Shown: positions 27,198 to 36,449 of the stretch, piece by piece
Position numbering within the stretch: the stretch's first letter is position 1
How the letters are laid out: each line of letters starts with the position of its first letter
NCBI GenBank assembly: GCA_038259365.1
Contig: JBBSOW010000001.1
Location: forward strand, 910-64,909
Direction: 5' to 3'
Source of the DNA: Propionibacteriales bacterium
GTDB taxonomy: Bacteria; Actinomycetota; Actinomycetes; Propionibacteriales; Propionibacteriaceae
DNA: 64,000 bases
Program-made: the position numbers and the translations under genes
Notes under the pieces: model-generated
What the model saw: only the letters and a program-made list of their open reading frames with translations
Databases searched by the model: none
What the model was told of the DNA's origin: nothing

Positions 27198-29192
27198 ATG
27201 CCGACTCCAGCGCAGAGCGTCGAGATCGAGGGACAGCAGGTGCGCCTGACCAACCTCGACAAGGTGCTCTATCCCGCCAGCTTCACCACCAAGGGCGAGG
27301 TGCTGAACTATTACGCCCAGATCGCGCCCGTGCTGCTGCCCTACGTCACGGATCGCCCCCTCACCCGCAAGCGCTGGCCCGACGGGGTCGGCCCAGACGG
27401 TGACGCCAAGCTCGTCTTCTTCACCAAGAACCTCGATTCGGGCACCCCCGATTGGGTGCCCTCGGTGGAGGTTCGACACTCCGACCGCACGATCAGCTAC
27501 CCGCTGGTCAACGATCTCGCGACGCTGACACAGATGGCCCAACTCGCCGCCCTGGAGCTGCACGTGCCGCAGTGGCGCTTCGACGCCGCCGGCTCCCCGC
27601 TCCCACCGGACCGCCTCGTGCTCGATCTGGACCCGGGGCCCGGCGTCGACCTGGCGACCTGCGCCCGGGTGGCCCTGCAGGCGCGGGAGCTGCTCGAGGG
27701 ACTCGGCATGGGATGCGTCCCGGTCACCAGCGGCAGCAAAGGCATCCACCTCTACGCCCGCCTGGACGGTACCCACAGCACGGAGGCCGCGAGCGACCTG
27801 GCGCGCGAGATCGCGCGGACCCTGGAACGCGCCCACCCCGATTTCGTGACCAGCCAAATGAAGAAGGACTTGCGCCCGGGAAAGGTGTTCGTCGACTGGA
27901 GCCAGAACAACGGAAACAAGACCACGGTCGCGCCGTACTCCCTGCGCGGACGCCGACTGCCGAGCGTGGCCGCCCCGCGCACCTGGGAGGAACTGGCCTC
28001 GCCGGAGCTGGAGAACCTGCTCTACGACGAGGTCCTGCGCAGGGTGGCAGACATGGGCGATCTCCTCGCCCCCATCCTCACCGGCGCCGAACGCGGCGAG
28101 CCCGGCTCGAGCCTCGCCTCCGCGGACAAGGCGAAATCCGTGCCGGACCGGCTGGACACCTACCGGAGCATGCGCGATCAGCAGAAGACGCCCGAGCCGG
28201 TGCCCGATGAGCCGCCTAAGGACGAAGAGGGGTTCACCTTCGTCATCCAGGAGCACCACGCGCGGGCGCTGCACTTCGACTTCCGGCTGGAACGCGACGG
28301 GGTGCTGGTGAGCTGGGCGGTGCCCAAAAACGTGCCGACGACGACGAAGAAGAACCACCTCGCCGTGCAGACCGAGGATCATCCGCTGTCCTACGGCAGC
28401 TTCGCCGGCACGATTCCGGCCGGGGAATACGGCGGGGGAGAGGTGAGCATCTGGGATTCCGGCACCTACGATCTCCACAAGTGGCGGCCGGGTAAGGAGG
28501 TCATCGTCACCCTGCACGGCCGCGGCGACGGCGGGCTCGGCGGTCCGGTCACGGTGGCGCTGATTCACACCGGGAGCGGGGACGGTTCGCGGCCCAAGCA
28601 GCAGTGGCTGATGCACCGGATGGCCAAGGCCCCGCACTACCACGAGGGCGATTCCGACGCGAGCTTCCCCGAGGAGCGCAAGCCGATGGCGGCGAGCGTC
28701 GCGCACGACCTGCCCGGGGATGGCGAAGAATGGGCGTTGGAAGTCGAATGGGCGGGGGTTCGGGTGTTGGCCTACGTGGCACGCGGTCGGGCCAAGGTCG
28801 TGGCGGCTGGGCACGACGTCAGCGAGGCCCACGGCGAGGTCGTCGCCGCCCTGGCGGGAATGGGCGTCGAATCCGCCGTCCTCGACGGGGTTCTCGTGGG
28901 CCGACAGCTGTGCGTCTTCGACGTCTTGGAGTTCGGCGGCGACTCCCATCTGCGCCGCCCCTACAGCGAGCGGCGCGCCGCTTTGGCCGCGCTGATCGAC
29001 GGGCAGACCGCGCGGCTGCAGGCCCCACCCGCCCTGCCGGGGACCTTGGCGGAAGCCCTCGAGGCCGCGAAGCAGCTCGGTAGCTCGGCGGTCATCGCCA
29101 AGCGGAAGACCTCGGTGTACCAGCCCGGAAAGCAAACCAAGACCTGGCTACGCGTCGGTCTCGAACAGGGGTCCGCTAGTCGCGGTCACTGA
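27198..29192 (+). CDS. ligD: LigD-like NHEJ protein: polymerase/primase + 3'-phosphoesterase + degenerate, OB-less ligase-like domain
   Basis: Pol motifs: LVLDLDPGPG, TSGSKGIHLYARL, FVDWSQNNGNKTTVAPYSLR. PE motifs: FVIQEHHARALHFDFRLE, SWAVPKNVP, EDHPLSYGSF..YGGGEVSIWD. The C-terminal ~170 aa align to ligase motifs I-V, but the catalytic residues are replaced (see findings). Confidence 0.8.
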   Translation: MPTPAQSVEIEGQQVRLTNLDKVLYPASFTTKGEVLNYYAQIAPVLLPYVTDRPLTRKRWPDGVGPDGDAKLVFFTKNLDSGTPDWVPSVEVRHSDRTISYPLVNDLATLTQMAQLAALELHVPQWRFDAAGSPLPPDRLVLDLDPGPGVDLATCARVALQARELLEGLGMGCVPVTSGSKGIHLYARLDGTHSTEAASDLAREIARTLERAHPDFVTSQMKKDLRPGKVFVDWSQNNGNKTTVAPYSLRGRRLPSVAAPRTWEELASPELENLLYDEVLRRVADMGDLLAPILTGAERGEPGSSLASADKAKSVPDRLDTYRSMRDQQKTPEPVPDEPPKDEEGFTFVIQEHHARALHFDFRLERDGVLVSWAVPKNVPTTTKKNHLAVQTEDHPLSYGSFAGTIPAGEYGGGEVSIWDSGTYDLHKWRPGKEVIVTLHGRGDGGLGGPVTVALIHTGSGDGSRPKQQWLMHRMAKAPHYHEGDSDASFPEERKPMAASVAHDLPGDGEEWALEVEWAGVRVLAYVARGRAKVVAAGHDVSEAHGEVVAALAGMGVESAVLDGVLVGRQLCVFDVLEFGGDSHLRRPYSERRAALAALIDGQTARLQAPPALPGTLAEALEAAKQLGSSAVIAKRKTSVYQPGKQTKTWLRVGLEQGSASRGH

Positions 29193-30072
29193 CGAGCAGA
29201 TCCGTGCCTGTCAGGTCGGCGGCGTAGTCCCACAGCCAGCGGGCGGTCTCGCGGTCCGTTGCCGCCGCGGAGCGCCCCACCAGGGTGGGGGTGCCCCTGA
29301 GCTCGCCCCAACCCCCAGGCCCGACGTAGCTGCCCCGGGGCAGGTCTTCGGTGGCCGCACACAGCAGCGGCTCGGCGCCCTGCTCGGCGGTTTGGGCGAA
29401 AAGGCGGCAGGCTCGGGTGATGGTGGCGTTGACCGGTTCGCTCTTGGTGGCGTTCTGCAGATTGGTCAGCGCCCAACCCGGGTGGGCGAACTGCACGTCG
29501 ATGGACGTGGCGCGCAGTCGCCGCTCCAACTCGTAACCCCACAGCAGATCCGCCAGCTTCGACTGGGCGTAGGCATCGGTGATTCGGTACCGGCGCCGCC
29601 CGAACTGCGGGTCCTCGCGGTCGATCCGGCCCCGCTTATGCGCCCCTGAGGCGACGATGACGATCCTGTCCCGGACGCGTTCGGTGACCAGGTTGGTGAA
29701 GGCGAACGGGCCCAAGAAGTTGGTGCCCAACAGCAACTCGTGGCCGTCCACGGTCTCACCGCGACTGGGGGAGATCGTGCCGGCGTTGTTGATCAACACG
29801 TCCACGGTCTCGTCGAGGGTCGCGGCGCCCGCCCGGATCGAGTCGAGGTCGGCGAAATCGACGCTCAACATCGCCGAGTTCTCGAGCTCGCCGAGCAAGG
29901 CAAAGCCTCGTGCGGAATCGCGCGCGGTGAACAGGACGCGGGCCCCCGCCTGCGAGGCGGCTCGTGCCGCCTCCCGCCCGATCCCGCTCGTGGCTCCGGT
30001 GATGAGCCAGGTCCGACCCGTTTGGTCGGCTAAGCGGAAGGGATCTCGGTTGCGGTTCACGACCACCATCAT
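29176..30072 (-). CDS. SDR-family oxidoreductase
   Basis: Motifs TGATSGIGREAA (cofactor-binding) and YAQSKLA (YxxxK). It converges on and overlaps the ligD 3' end by 17 nt. Confidence 0.85.
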   Translation of the reverse strand: MMVVVNRNRDPFRLADQTGRTWLITGATSGIGREAARAASQAGARVLFTARDSARGFALLGELENSAMLSVDFADLDSIRAGAATLDETVDVLINNAGTISPSRGETVDGHELLLGTNFLGPFAFTNLVTERVRDRIVIVASGAHKRGRIDREDPQFGRRRYRITDAYAQSKLADLLWGYELERRLRATSIDVQFAHPGWALTNLQNATKSEPVNATITRACRLFAQTAEQGAEPLLCAATEDLPRGSYVGPGGWGELRGTPTLVGRSAAATDRETARWLWDYAADLTGTDLLVSDRD

Positions 30073-30125
30073 GGCAGTTCATAGCCGCCCGAGCCCGCAC
30101 GCCGACCATGCGGGAGGATGACCGG

Positions 30126-30743
30126 ATGGATTCAACGAGCGGAGAATGGAACGCCCGCTACGGCGAGGGCGAACAGATCTGGAGCGGTGAGCCGAACTCG
30201 CTGCTCGTGCGCGAGCTATCGGACGTCGCTCCGGCGCGGATCGTCGACGTGGGCTGCGGCGAAGGGGCGGACGCGATCTGGTTGGCCCGTCGCGGTTGGC
30301 AGGTCGTCGCAGTCGACGTCTCCGGCGTCGCCATCGAGCGCGCCAGGAAGAACGAAGCCAGCCAACCCGCCCCCCGGGAGGGACTGCCGGTCGATTGGCG
30401 GCTGGGTGCCTTCGAACACCTTCCGATCGACGAGTGCGGATTCGACGTCGTCAGCGCGTTCTATCCCTCGCTGATCAAGTCGGACGGCACCGCCCTCGCC
30501 CGACTGCTGGGCGCCGTCGGACCCGGCGGCACCCTCCTGTTCGTGCACCACGCGCATGTCGACCGTGAGAGGGCGCTGGAGCGCGGGTACGACCCGGCGG
30601 ATTACCTGAGCGACACCGACGTGGCGGCCGCGTTGGGGCGCGGCTGGAGGATCGAGGCGCACGACGTCGTCGAACGCGACGTTCGCGGCGGGGCGGGAGC
30701 CCACCACCGCCACGACGTCTTGTTGCGAGCGCGCCGGGGGTGA
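30126..30743 (+). CDS. Class I SAM-dependent methyltransferase
   Basis: ATG 30126 follows GGGAGGA. Motif I is IVDVGCGEGADAIWLARRG. Confidence 0.75.
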   Translation: MDSTSGEWNARYGEGEQIWSGEPNSLLVRELSDVAPARIVDVGCGEGADAIWLARRGWQVVAVDVSGVAIERARKNEASQPAPREGLPVDWRLGAFEHLPIDECGFDVVSAFYPSLIKSDGTALARLLGAVGPGGTLLFVHHAHVDRERALERGYDPADYLSDTDVAAALGRGWRIEAHDVVERDVRGGAGAHHRHDVLLRARRG

Positions 30744-32018
30744 TCAGGTGGCCCGGTAGAGCACCTCGCCCGCGTTCTCGATCACGGTGATCGAATCGTC
30801 GCGCTTCCAGGCCTCGACATCGATACTGTCCGGATCCAGGTAGCCGACGTTGATCCGCTCGCAGACCTCGCGGGGGATCGCGGTGGCGAAGGTGACCCGG
30901 ATGCGCAGGCTTTCTTCCCCGGTCTCGGCGTCGTAGGTGCCCTGGCCGCGGGCGTGTGTCGAGTGCGCCAGGACGCCCCAGTGGAGATGGGAGAACTCGT
31001 CCCACTGCTTGATGAAGTAGTCGCGGCAGTGGTAACCGATGTCGTAGATCTCGCGGTGTATCACGGACACCTCGCTGATGTGGGGGGCGTAGATGATCAC
31101 CTCGCCGCCGTCGGCCACCGCCGGTTCGGTCTTGTAGAACCCCTTGGCGGCGGTCCACATGTCGCCGTAGCGTTTCGGCATCATCGCCAACACGCGCGTG
31201 AAGGGCTGGTCGACGTAGCTGACGTGGGTCTGGGCGGCGACCTCGGCGGTGACGGCCCAGGCGTCCTCGGGGGTGCCGAAGGCGACGGCCTCCAACTCTC
31301 CGGTGCCCGATTCGACGACGCAGCACAACGCCAACCGCGTGGTCGGGATGAGCGCCGCGCCCTCATTGATCATGGCGCGGACCGGGGTGATCCCGGTGGT
31401 GCCGATGATCGCCGTGCTCGTGATCAGGGCCCCCACCCAGTGCGTCATGTCGATGAAGTCCTCGGAGGCCACCCCGGGGATGAAGTACTTGTTGCCACCA
31501 GAGATTCCTACCACCTCGTGGGGAAAGACCGGGCCGACGACGATGGCGACATCCGCCTCGACGACGTGGCGGTTGATCAGGATCTCGGCGCCGATGTCGA
31601 GGCGTCCCTGGGAGAGCTCGCTGATCCGCTCGCCGCTGATGCGCCCGACCGAGACGAGCTGGCCGGGGTCGTTCCATTCGTGGTTCCGCACCCGCAGGCC
31701 CGGATACGCGTCCGTCAGGGTGGCCGGTTGCCCCGGCCGGCCGACGCCGAAGAGTTCATCGATCTCGGCGTCCGACATGTAGGAGTGGGTGCCCAAGGCG
31801 ATGACCGCGCTCAGGCTGGCCACCCGCTCGGCCAGATGCTTGTGCAGGACCTGGACGAGCATCGGCAGGGGACACGAGCGGGTCCCGTCGGGAACCACGA
31901 GCACCACCGATTTAGCGTCCACGTCCACCTCGGCCATCCGCTTCGCGAGGTAACGATCCAGGTCTTCCGCACTCACTCGCTGGTGGGGTCCGCCGATCAG
32001 GGGCGCATCGATGTCCAT
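30744..32018 (-). CDS. LarA-family (lactate racemase-like, nickel-pincer-cofactor-dependent) hydroxyacid racemase/epimerase homologue
   Basis: 424 aa. Motifs VVPDGTRSCP, ALGTHSYM, VFPHEVVGISGGNKYFIPG and MTHW match the LarA D/R, His, His-Lys and His positions as I remember them. Confidence 0.6.
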   Translation of the reverse strand: MDIDAPLIGGPHQRVSAEDLDRYLAKRMAEVDVDAKSVVLVVPDGTRSCPLPMLVQVLHKHLAERVASLSAVIALGTHSYMSDAEIDELFGVGRPGQPATLTDAYPGLRVRNHEWNDPGQLVSVGRISGERISELSQGRLDIGAEILINRHVVEADVAIVVGPVFPHEVVGISGGNKYFIPGVASEDFIDMTHWVGALITSTAIIGTTGITPVRAMINEGAALIPTTRLALCCVVESGTGELEAVAFGTPEDAWAVTAEVAAQTHVSYVDQPFTRVLAMMPKRYGDMWTAAKGFYKTEPAVADGGEVIIYAPHISEVSVIHREIYDIGYHCRDYFIKQWDEFSHLHWGVLAHSTHARGQGTYDAETGEESLRIRVTFATAIPREVCERINVGYLDPDSIDVEAWKRDDSITVIENAGEVLYRAT

Positions 32019-32077
32019 GCTCTATCCACTCACGGACAGGCCCGCCAGGCAAGGGGGCCCACATCGAGGGGGCGTCC

Positions 32078-33532
32078 GTGTCCTTCGATACCGTGACTGA
32101 GGTGACCACCACCCGACCGCTCACCCTCGGCGTCGACCGCCTCCTCCCGGCCGAGCCGGGCGTCCGCGACATCGCCCGGGGACTCTACCGCCAGGTCGAG
32201 GACCTACCCCTCCTGTCCCCCCACAGCCACGTACCTCCCCAGTGGCTGGCCGATGACATCCGCTTCGATAATCCGACCGCGTTGTTGGTGAGCCCCGATC
32301 ACTACGTGACCCGGCTGCTGCACTCCTCGGGGGTGGGCCTCGAGCGGTTGGGCGTCGATCGGGGTGGGCGCCCTGAGCTGGGTCCGCTGAGCGAGGCCGA
32401 GGCCAGGAGCGCCTTCCGGCTGTTGTGCGAGCGTTGGCCCCTCTTCGCCGGCACCCACGTCGAGTACTGGATGCGCGAGCAGCTGGTGGGCATCTTCGGC
32501 GTCGACGTCAGGCCGTCCGCCGAGACCGCCGACCGGATCTACGACGCCGTCGCCGCCTGGATTGCCGCGCCGGGATCGACGGCAGGTCGGCTCTTGGAGA
32601 CCTTCGGGATTGAGGTGCTGGCCACCACCGACGATCCGTGCGACACCCTGGAACACCACGAGCGGCTGCGCTCCTCCACCCCGACCCGCGTCCTGCCCAC
32701 CTTCCGGCCCGACAAGTACCTCGAGCCCGCCCGTTCGGATTGGAACGAGTCGACCGATCGGCTGGCCGAGGCGTCGCGGCAGGCGTGCGACAGCTACGCC
32801 GGCTGGGTCGCGGCCATGGAGACCCGACGCGCCCACTTCAAGGAGCACGGGGCAGTCTCCACCGATCACGCGCACGTCGATCTCGGTACCCGGCGTCTTG
32901 GGGACGGCGAGGCGGAGGCGTTGTTCTCCCAAGCTCGCCAGGCGTCGATCTCGTCGGCCGATGCCACCCGGCTGCGGCGTCACATGGTGGGCGAAATGGT
33001 TCGGATGGCCAGCGAGGACGGCCTGACGATGACGATGCATCCGGCGGTGGCGCGCAACCATCACGGGCCAACCTTCGAGCGGTTCGGGGCCGATGTCGGC
33101 TGCGACATCCCCGTCTCGGTGGAGGTGACCGAGGCTCTACGTCCGGCTCTCAACGCCCACGGCACGAACCCGAACCTGCACCTCGTGGTCTTCACCATCG
33201 ACGAGACCGTCTACTCCCGCGAGCTCGCGCCGCTGGCCGGGTTCTATCCGAGCCTGTTCATCGGCGCCCCGTGGTGGTTCATCGACGCCCCCGGCTCCAT
33301 CCGACGCTTCCAGGAGGCCGTCACCGATTCGGCCGGTTTCAGCCGGCTCTCGGGCTTCATCGACGACACCCGGGCGTTCTGCTCGATACCCGCCCGCCAC
33401 GACATGTCCCGCCGCCTCGACGCCGCCCATTTGGCCCGGCTCGTGGCGCAGGAGCGCATCGAGCTGGATCAGGCCGAGACCATCGCCCGGCAGCTCGTGG
33501 TCGATCAGCCCCGAAAGGTGTTCAAGCTATGA
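32078..33532 (+). CDS. uxaC: Glucuronate isomerase
   Basis: GTG 32078 follows GAGGGGG. The N-terminal ARGLYRQVEDLPLLSPHSHVPPQWL matches the UxaC family. Length is 484 aa. Confidence 0.8.
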   Translation: MSFDTVTEVTTTRPLTLGVDRLLPAEPGVRDIARGLYRQVEDLPLLSPHSHVPPQWLADDIRFDNPTALLVSPDHYVTRLLHSSGVGLERLGVDRGGRPELGPLSEAEARSAFRLLCERWPLFAGTHVEYWMREQLVGIFGVDVRPSAETADRIYDAVAAWIAAPGSTAGRLLETFGIEVLATTDDPCDTLEHHERLRSSTPTRVLPTFRPDKYLEPARSDWNESTDRLAEASRQACDSYAGWVAAMETRRAHFKEHGAVSTDHAHVDLGTRRLGDGEAEALFSQARQASISSADATRLRRHMVGEMVRMASEDGLTMTMHPAVARNHHGPTFERFGADVGCDIPVSVEVTEALRPALNAHGTNPNLHLVVFTIDETVYSRELAPLAGFYPSLFIGAPWWFIDAPGSIRRFQEAVTDSAGFSRLSGFIDDTRAFCSIPARHDMSRRLDAAHLARLVAQERIELDQAETIARQLVVDQPRKVFKL

Positions 33533-34902
33533 CCGCTCGACGACTGTCCCGCTCCGTCGACGCCGACTCCGCGGTGGCGCCGGTCCGCATCGTGCACCTC
33601 GGTGTCGGCAACTTCTTTCGCGCCCACCAGGCCAGCTACACCAGCGCCGCCTCCGACGCCGCCGAGTGGGGGATCGCCGCCTTCACCGGCCGCTCGGCCG
33701 CCGTGGCCGAACGGGTGGCGGGCCAGGACGGCCTCTACACGCTGTGCGTGCAGGGGCCCGACGGCGACGAGTTTCGGCTCATCTCCTCCCTCAGCGCGGT
33801 GCATGCGGCCGGGGATCACCACGCGTGGCGGTCCTACTTCGAGCGGCCCGAGCTGGCGGTCGTGACGAGCACGGTCACCGAGGCCGGCTATCGGCGCAAC
33901 GCCGCCGGAGGGCTCGATCTCGACGATCCCGACGTGGCATCCGATCTTGAGGTCCTGCGCCGCGGTGCGTCCGAGCCGCTGGAGAGCGCCCCCGGTAAGT
34001 TGCTGGCCGGGTTGCTGGCGCGGCGGGCCGCCGGCGCGGGCGGGCTCACCTTCGTGCCGTGCGACAACGTCCCCGACAACGCGGACATGCTGCGGCGGGT
34101 CGTTCGCGACTTCGCCGCCGCGCTGGACGAGTCTTTGCTGGGGTGGATCGACGAGCACGCGACGTTCGTGTCGACCATGGTGGACCGGATCACGCCGCGA
34201 GCCACCGAAGAGGACCGGCATCGCGTTGCAGAAGCGACGGGCATCGACGACCCGGCCCTGGTCGTCACCGAGCCGTTCACCGAATGGGTCCTGAGCGGGG
34301 AGTTCGCCGCCGGACGCCCGACATGGGAGGACGCCGGCGCGCGCTTCGTCGACGACATCCAACCGCACGAAACCCGCAAGCTGTGGTTGCTGAACGGCTC
34401 GCACTCGCTGATGGCCTACGCGGGCAGCATCCTGGGCCACTCCACCGTCGCCGAGGCGATCGCCGACGGCCGGGTTCTCGACTGGGTGAACCAGTGGTGG
34501 GACGTCGCCGGCGGCCACTTGGAGCTCCCGAACGAGGAGATCTCGGACTACCGGGAAGCCTTGCTGGCCCGGTATCGCAACGCCCGGATCAAACATCTGC
34601 TCGCCCAGATTGCCGGTGACGGATCGCAGAAGCTGCCCATCCGGGTCGTCCCGGTTTTGCAGGCAGAGCTCGACTCGGGGCAGCTTCGCCCCGGCGTCAC
34701 TCGCCCCGTCGCCGCCTGGGCGTGCCACCTGCGGGGGATCGGTGCCCCCGTCACCGACGCCCAAGCGGATCAGCTGCGCTCGTTAGCGCAGGGGGATCTC
34801 GACGACACCGTTCAGCGGGTCCTCGAGTACCTCGGCATCGACAATGATCGGGTGGCGGAGCAAGTTCGAGCCCAGGCGGAAGAGCTTTCGGCGCTGGCCT
34901 AA
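33529..34902 (+). CDS. Mannitol-dehydrogenase-family oxidoreductase (fructuronate/tagaturonate reductase type)
   Basis: ATG 33529 overlaps the uxaC stop (ATGA). It carries the RIVHLGVGNFFRAHQA Rossmann motif. The upstream part of ORF 32638.. is out-of-frame overlap with uxaC. Confidence 0.75.
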   Translation: MTARRLSRSVDADSAVAPVRIVHLGVGNFFRAHQASYTSAASDAAEWGIAAFTGRSAAVAERVAGQDGLYTLCVQGPDGDEFRLISSLSAVHAAGDHHAWRSYFERPELAVVTSTVTEAGYRRNAAGGLDLDDPDVASDLEVLRRGASEPLESAPGKLLAGLLARRAAGAGGLTFVPCDNVPDNADMLRRVVRDFAAALDESLLGWIDEHATFVSTMVDRITPRATEEDRHRVAEATGIDDPALVVTEPFTEWVLSGEFAAGRPTWEDAGARFVDDIQPHETRKLWLLNGSHSLMAYAGSILGHSTVAEAIADGRVLDWVNQWWDVAGGHLELPNEEISDYREALLARYRNARIKHLLAQIAGDGSQKLPIRVVPVLQAELDSGQLRPGVTRPVAAWACHLRGIGAPVTDAQADQLRSLAQGDLDDTVQRVLEYLGIDNDRVAEQVRAQAEELSALA

Positions 34903-35074
34903 GAGGGTGGTGTTGAACGGTGACCGTCGCGAGCAGGTGCCCGGGTGCCGCGCAGTAGGTCATCGTCTAACACCGCACTCCTAGTGCCTATCCACAGCCG
35001 ACAGGTGGTGTTCAGTTATCCACAGGAGTCGGGGTTTTAGGTTCGAGATGGGCCCGTTGAAGCATAACTAGGGC

Positions 35075-35929
35075 ATGCATCCTGAGATTGCGCACCGCTT
35101 GCGCCAATATCCAGTTTTGTCGCTTCGTGAGAGCCCAGACCTCAGGGACCCGCTGCGATGGGCCGTTCGCTCCGGCCAACTCGTCACCCTGTTTCCCGGG
35201 GTGTACTCCTTACCGAATACCGAGAAGGATCCGCGAATCGCGGTGTCAGCCCTTGTCGCCCGACATCGAGACGCCGTGGTCACTGGGAGCACGGCCGGGT
35301 TCCTGCGGAGTTGGCCGAACTGTGAGCCGCTTCCGATATGTGCGTCGGTGCCGCACCGGGTCCGCTCGTCGGGTGCCTACCGGCTCGACAACCGGCGGAT
35401 CGATCCGCGGTGGGTCACCTCGCTCGGTGGAGTGGCGCTCACATCGCCGGCCCTCACAGCCCTGGACCTGCTTCCCAAGTTGGGTGGAGACGTCATTGAC
35501 ATGCTCCTGCGGACCCGGCGACTTCGGCTGGCCGATTTGCAGGAGTGCCTTGAGTCCCACCCGAACCGCCGCCACAACGCCGAACGTCGCTGGCTGCTTG
35601 AGGACTCCCGCGACGAGCCGTGGTCCGAGGCCGAACGGCTGGCCCATCGCCGATTGAGGCACGCTGGCATAGCAAGCTGGGTAACCAACTACCGGGTTGA
35701 GGCACGAGGCAACACCTACTTTCTCGATATTGCCTTTCCCGAGTCGGGGTTGGCCCTCGAAGTGGACGGATGGGAGTTTCACCGATCCCAGTTCGAGGCC
35801 GATCATCGCCGCCAGACCAACCTGCTCGCGGCGGGCTGGCGGACGATGCCAGTTACCTGGTCCATGCTGCAGGACGAGTCGGACTTCATCGAGTGCGTCC
35901 GCTCGGCGGTGGGCCAACCGCAATTCTGA
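35075..35929 (+). CDS. DUF559 (Vsr/restriction-endonuclease-like) domain protein
   Basis: C-terminal YFLDIAFPESGLALEVDGWEFHRSQFEADHRRQTNLLAAGWRTMPVTW is typical of DUF559. The last five codons plus the stop lie inside repeat copy A. Confidence 0.7.
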   Translation: MHPEIAHRLRQYPVLSLRESPDLRDPLRWAVRSGQLVTLFPGVYSLPNTEKDPRIAVSALVARHRDAVVTGSTAGFLRSWPNCEPLPICASVPHRVRSSGAYRLDNRRIDPRWVTSLGGVALTSPALTALDLLPKLGGDVIDMLLRTRRLRLADLQECLESHPNRRHNAERRWLLEDSRDEPWSEAERLAHRRLRHAGIASWVTNYRVEARGNTYFLDIAFPESGLALEVDGWEFHRSQFEADHRRQTNLLAAGWRTMPVTWSMLQDESDFIECVRSAVGQPQF

Positions 35930-36449
35930 CCAGTCGTTTTCGGCCAGCACCCGTCCCGGGCGGAGAGACGCTCGGATCCCGGCCGCGCGAAGAATGACTG
36001 GTCATAAATGTGGTCCGGCCCCTAGCCCTCCTCGCGCCGCGCCTCGCCGACGCGGAATCGTTCGCCTTTTGCAGGGCCTCGACGAGTTGGTCCTTGGTCA
36101 TGGTGGATCGGCCCTCGATCTCCAACCGAGAGGCGAGCTCGTACAGGTGCTTCTTGCTCGCGTTGGCGTCGACTCCACCGGCCGTCGGTCGGTCGGTGTC
36201 CTTGCCACCCTCGGCCTGGGCGTCGGAAGGGCCGTTCTCCTCCTTCGGTTCCCAGTGGTCGGCCACCTTCTCGTGCGTGTGTTTCAGCGAAGCGAACGCC
36301 ACCTGGTGCGCGCGCTGCTCATCGTCGTACTCTTCGGCGGCCGAATCGTAAGTTTTGGCGAAGGTCCGCTGCGCCTTCTCATCCGATCTCTGCAGGGTGC
36401 TCGGCAGCTCGGATTTCTTGGCGTCCCCGGACTTGTTGGTCTTAGGCAC
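35886..36449 (-). CDS. ChaB-like / Rho_N-domain general-stress-type protein with element-encoded C-terminal extension
   Basis: N-terminal MPKTNKSGDAKKSELPSTLQRSDEKAQRTFAKTYDSAAEEYDDEQRAHQVAF (ChaB-like). Middle KKHLYELASRLEIEGRSTMTKDQLVEALQKAN (Rho N-terminal-like). The last 44 codons read through repeat copy A and into the DUF559 3' end. Confidence 0.7.
   Translation of the reverse strand: MPKTNKSGDAKKSELPSTLQRSDEKAQRTFAKTYDSAAEEYDDEQRAHQVAFASLKHTHEKVADHWEPKEENGPSDAQAEGGKDTDRPTAGGVDANASKKHLYELASRLEIEGRSTMTKDQLVEALQKANDSASARRGARRARGRTTFMTSHSSRGRDPSVSPPGTGAGRKRLVRIAVGPPPSGRTR
35914..36018. repeat. ~105-bp TIR (MITE-like) element, copy A
   Basis: Left end CCAACCGCAATTCTGACCAGTCGTTT. Right end AGAATGACTGGTCATAAATGTGGTCCGG. 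The ends are imperfect inverted repeats of each other. The element is homologous, in flipped orientation, to 52613..52707. Confidence 0.7.

Noticed and set aside
26547-29135. An 862-aa minus-strand ORF spanning the CPBP and ligD genes
   Set aside because: It is antisense to two genes with clear family motifs. Its translation is Arg/Gly/Pro-rich and has no recognisable domain.
34988-35026. Two direct copies of TATCCACAG (one as TTATCCACAGG) resembling DnaA boxes, upstream of the DUF559 gene
   Set aside because: There are only two boxes. No dnaA/dnaN, AT-rich unwinding element or box cluster is present. The likeliest explanations are chance or a local operator. It cannot be supported as an origin.
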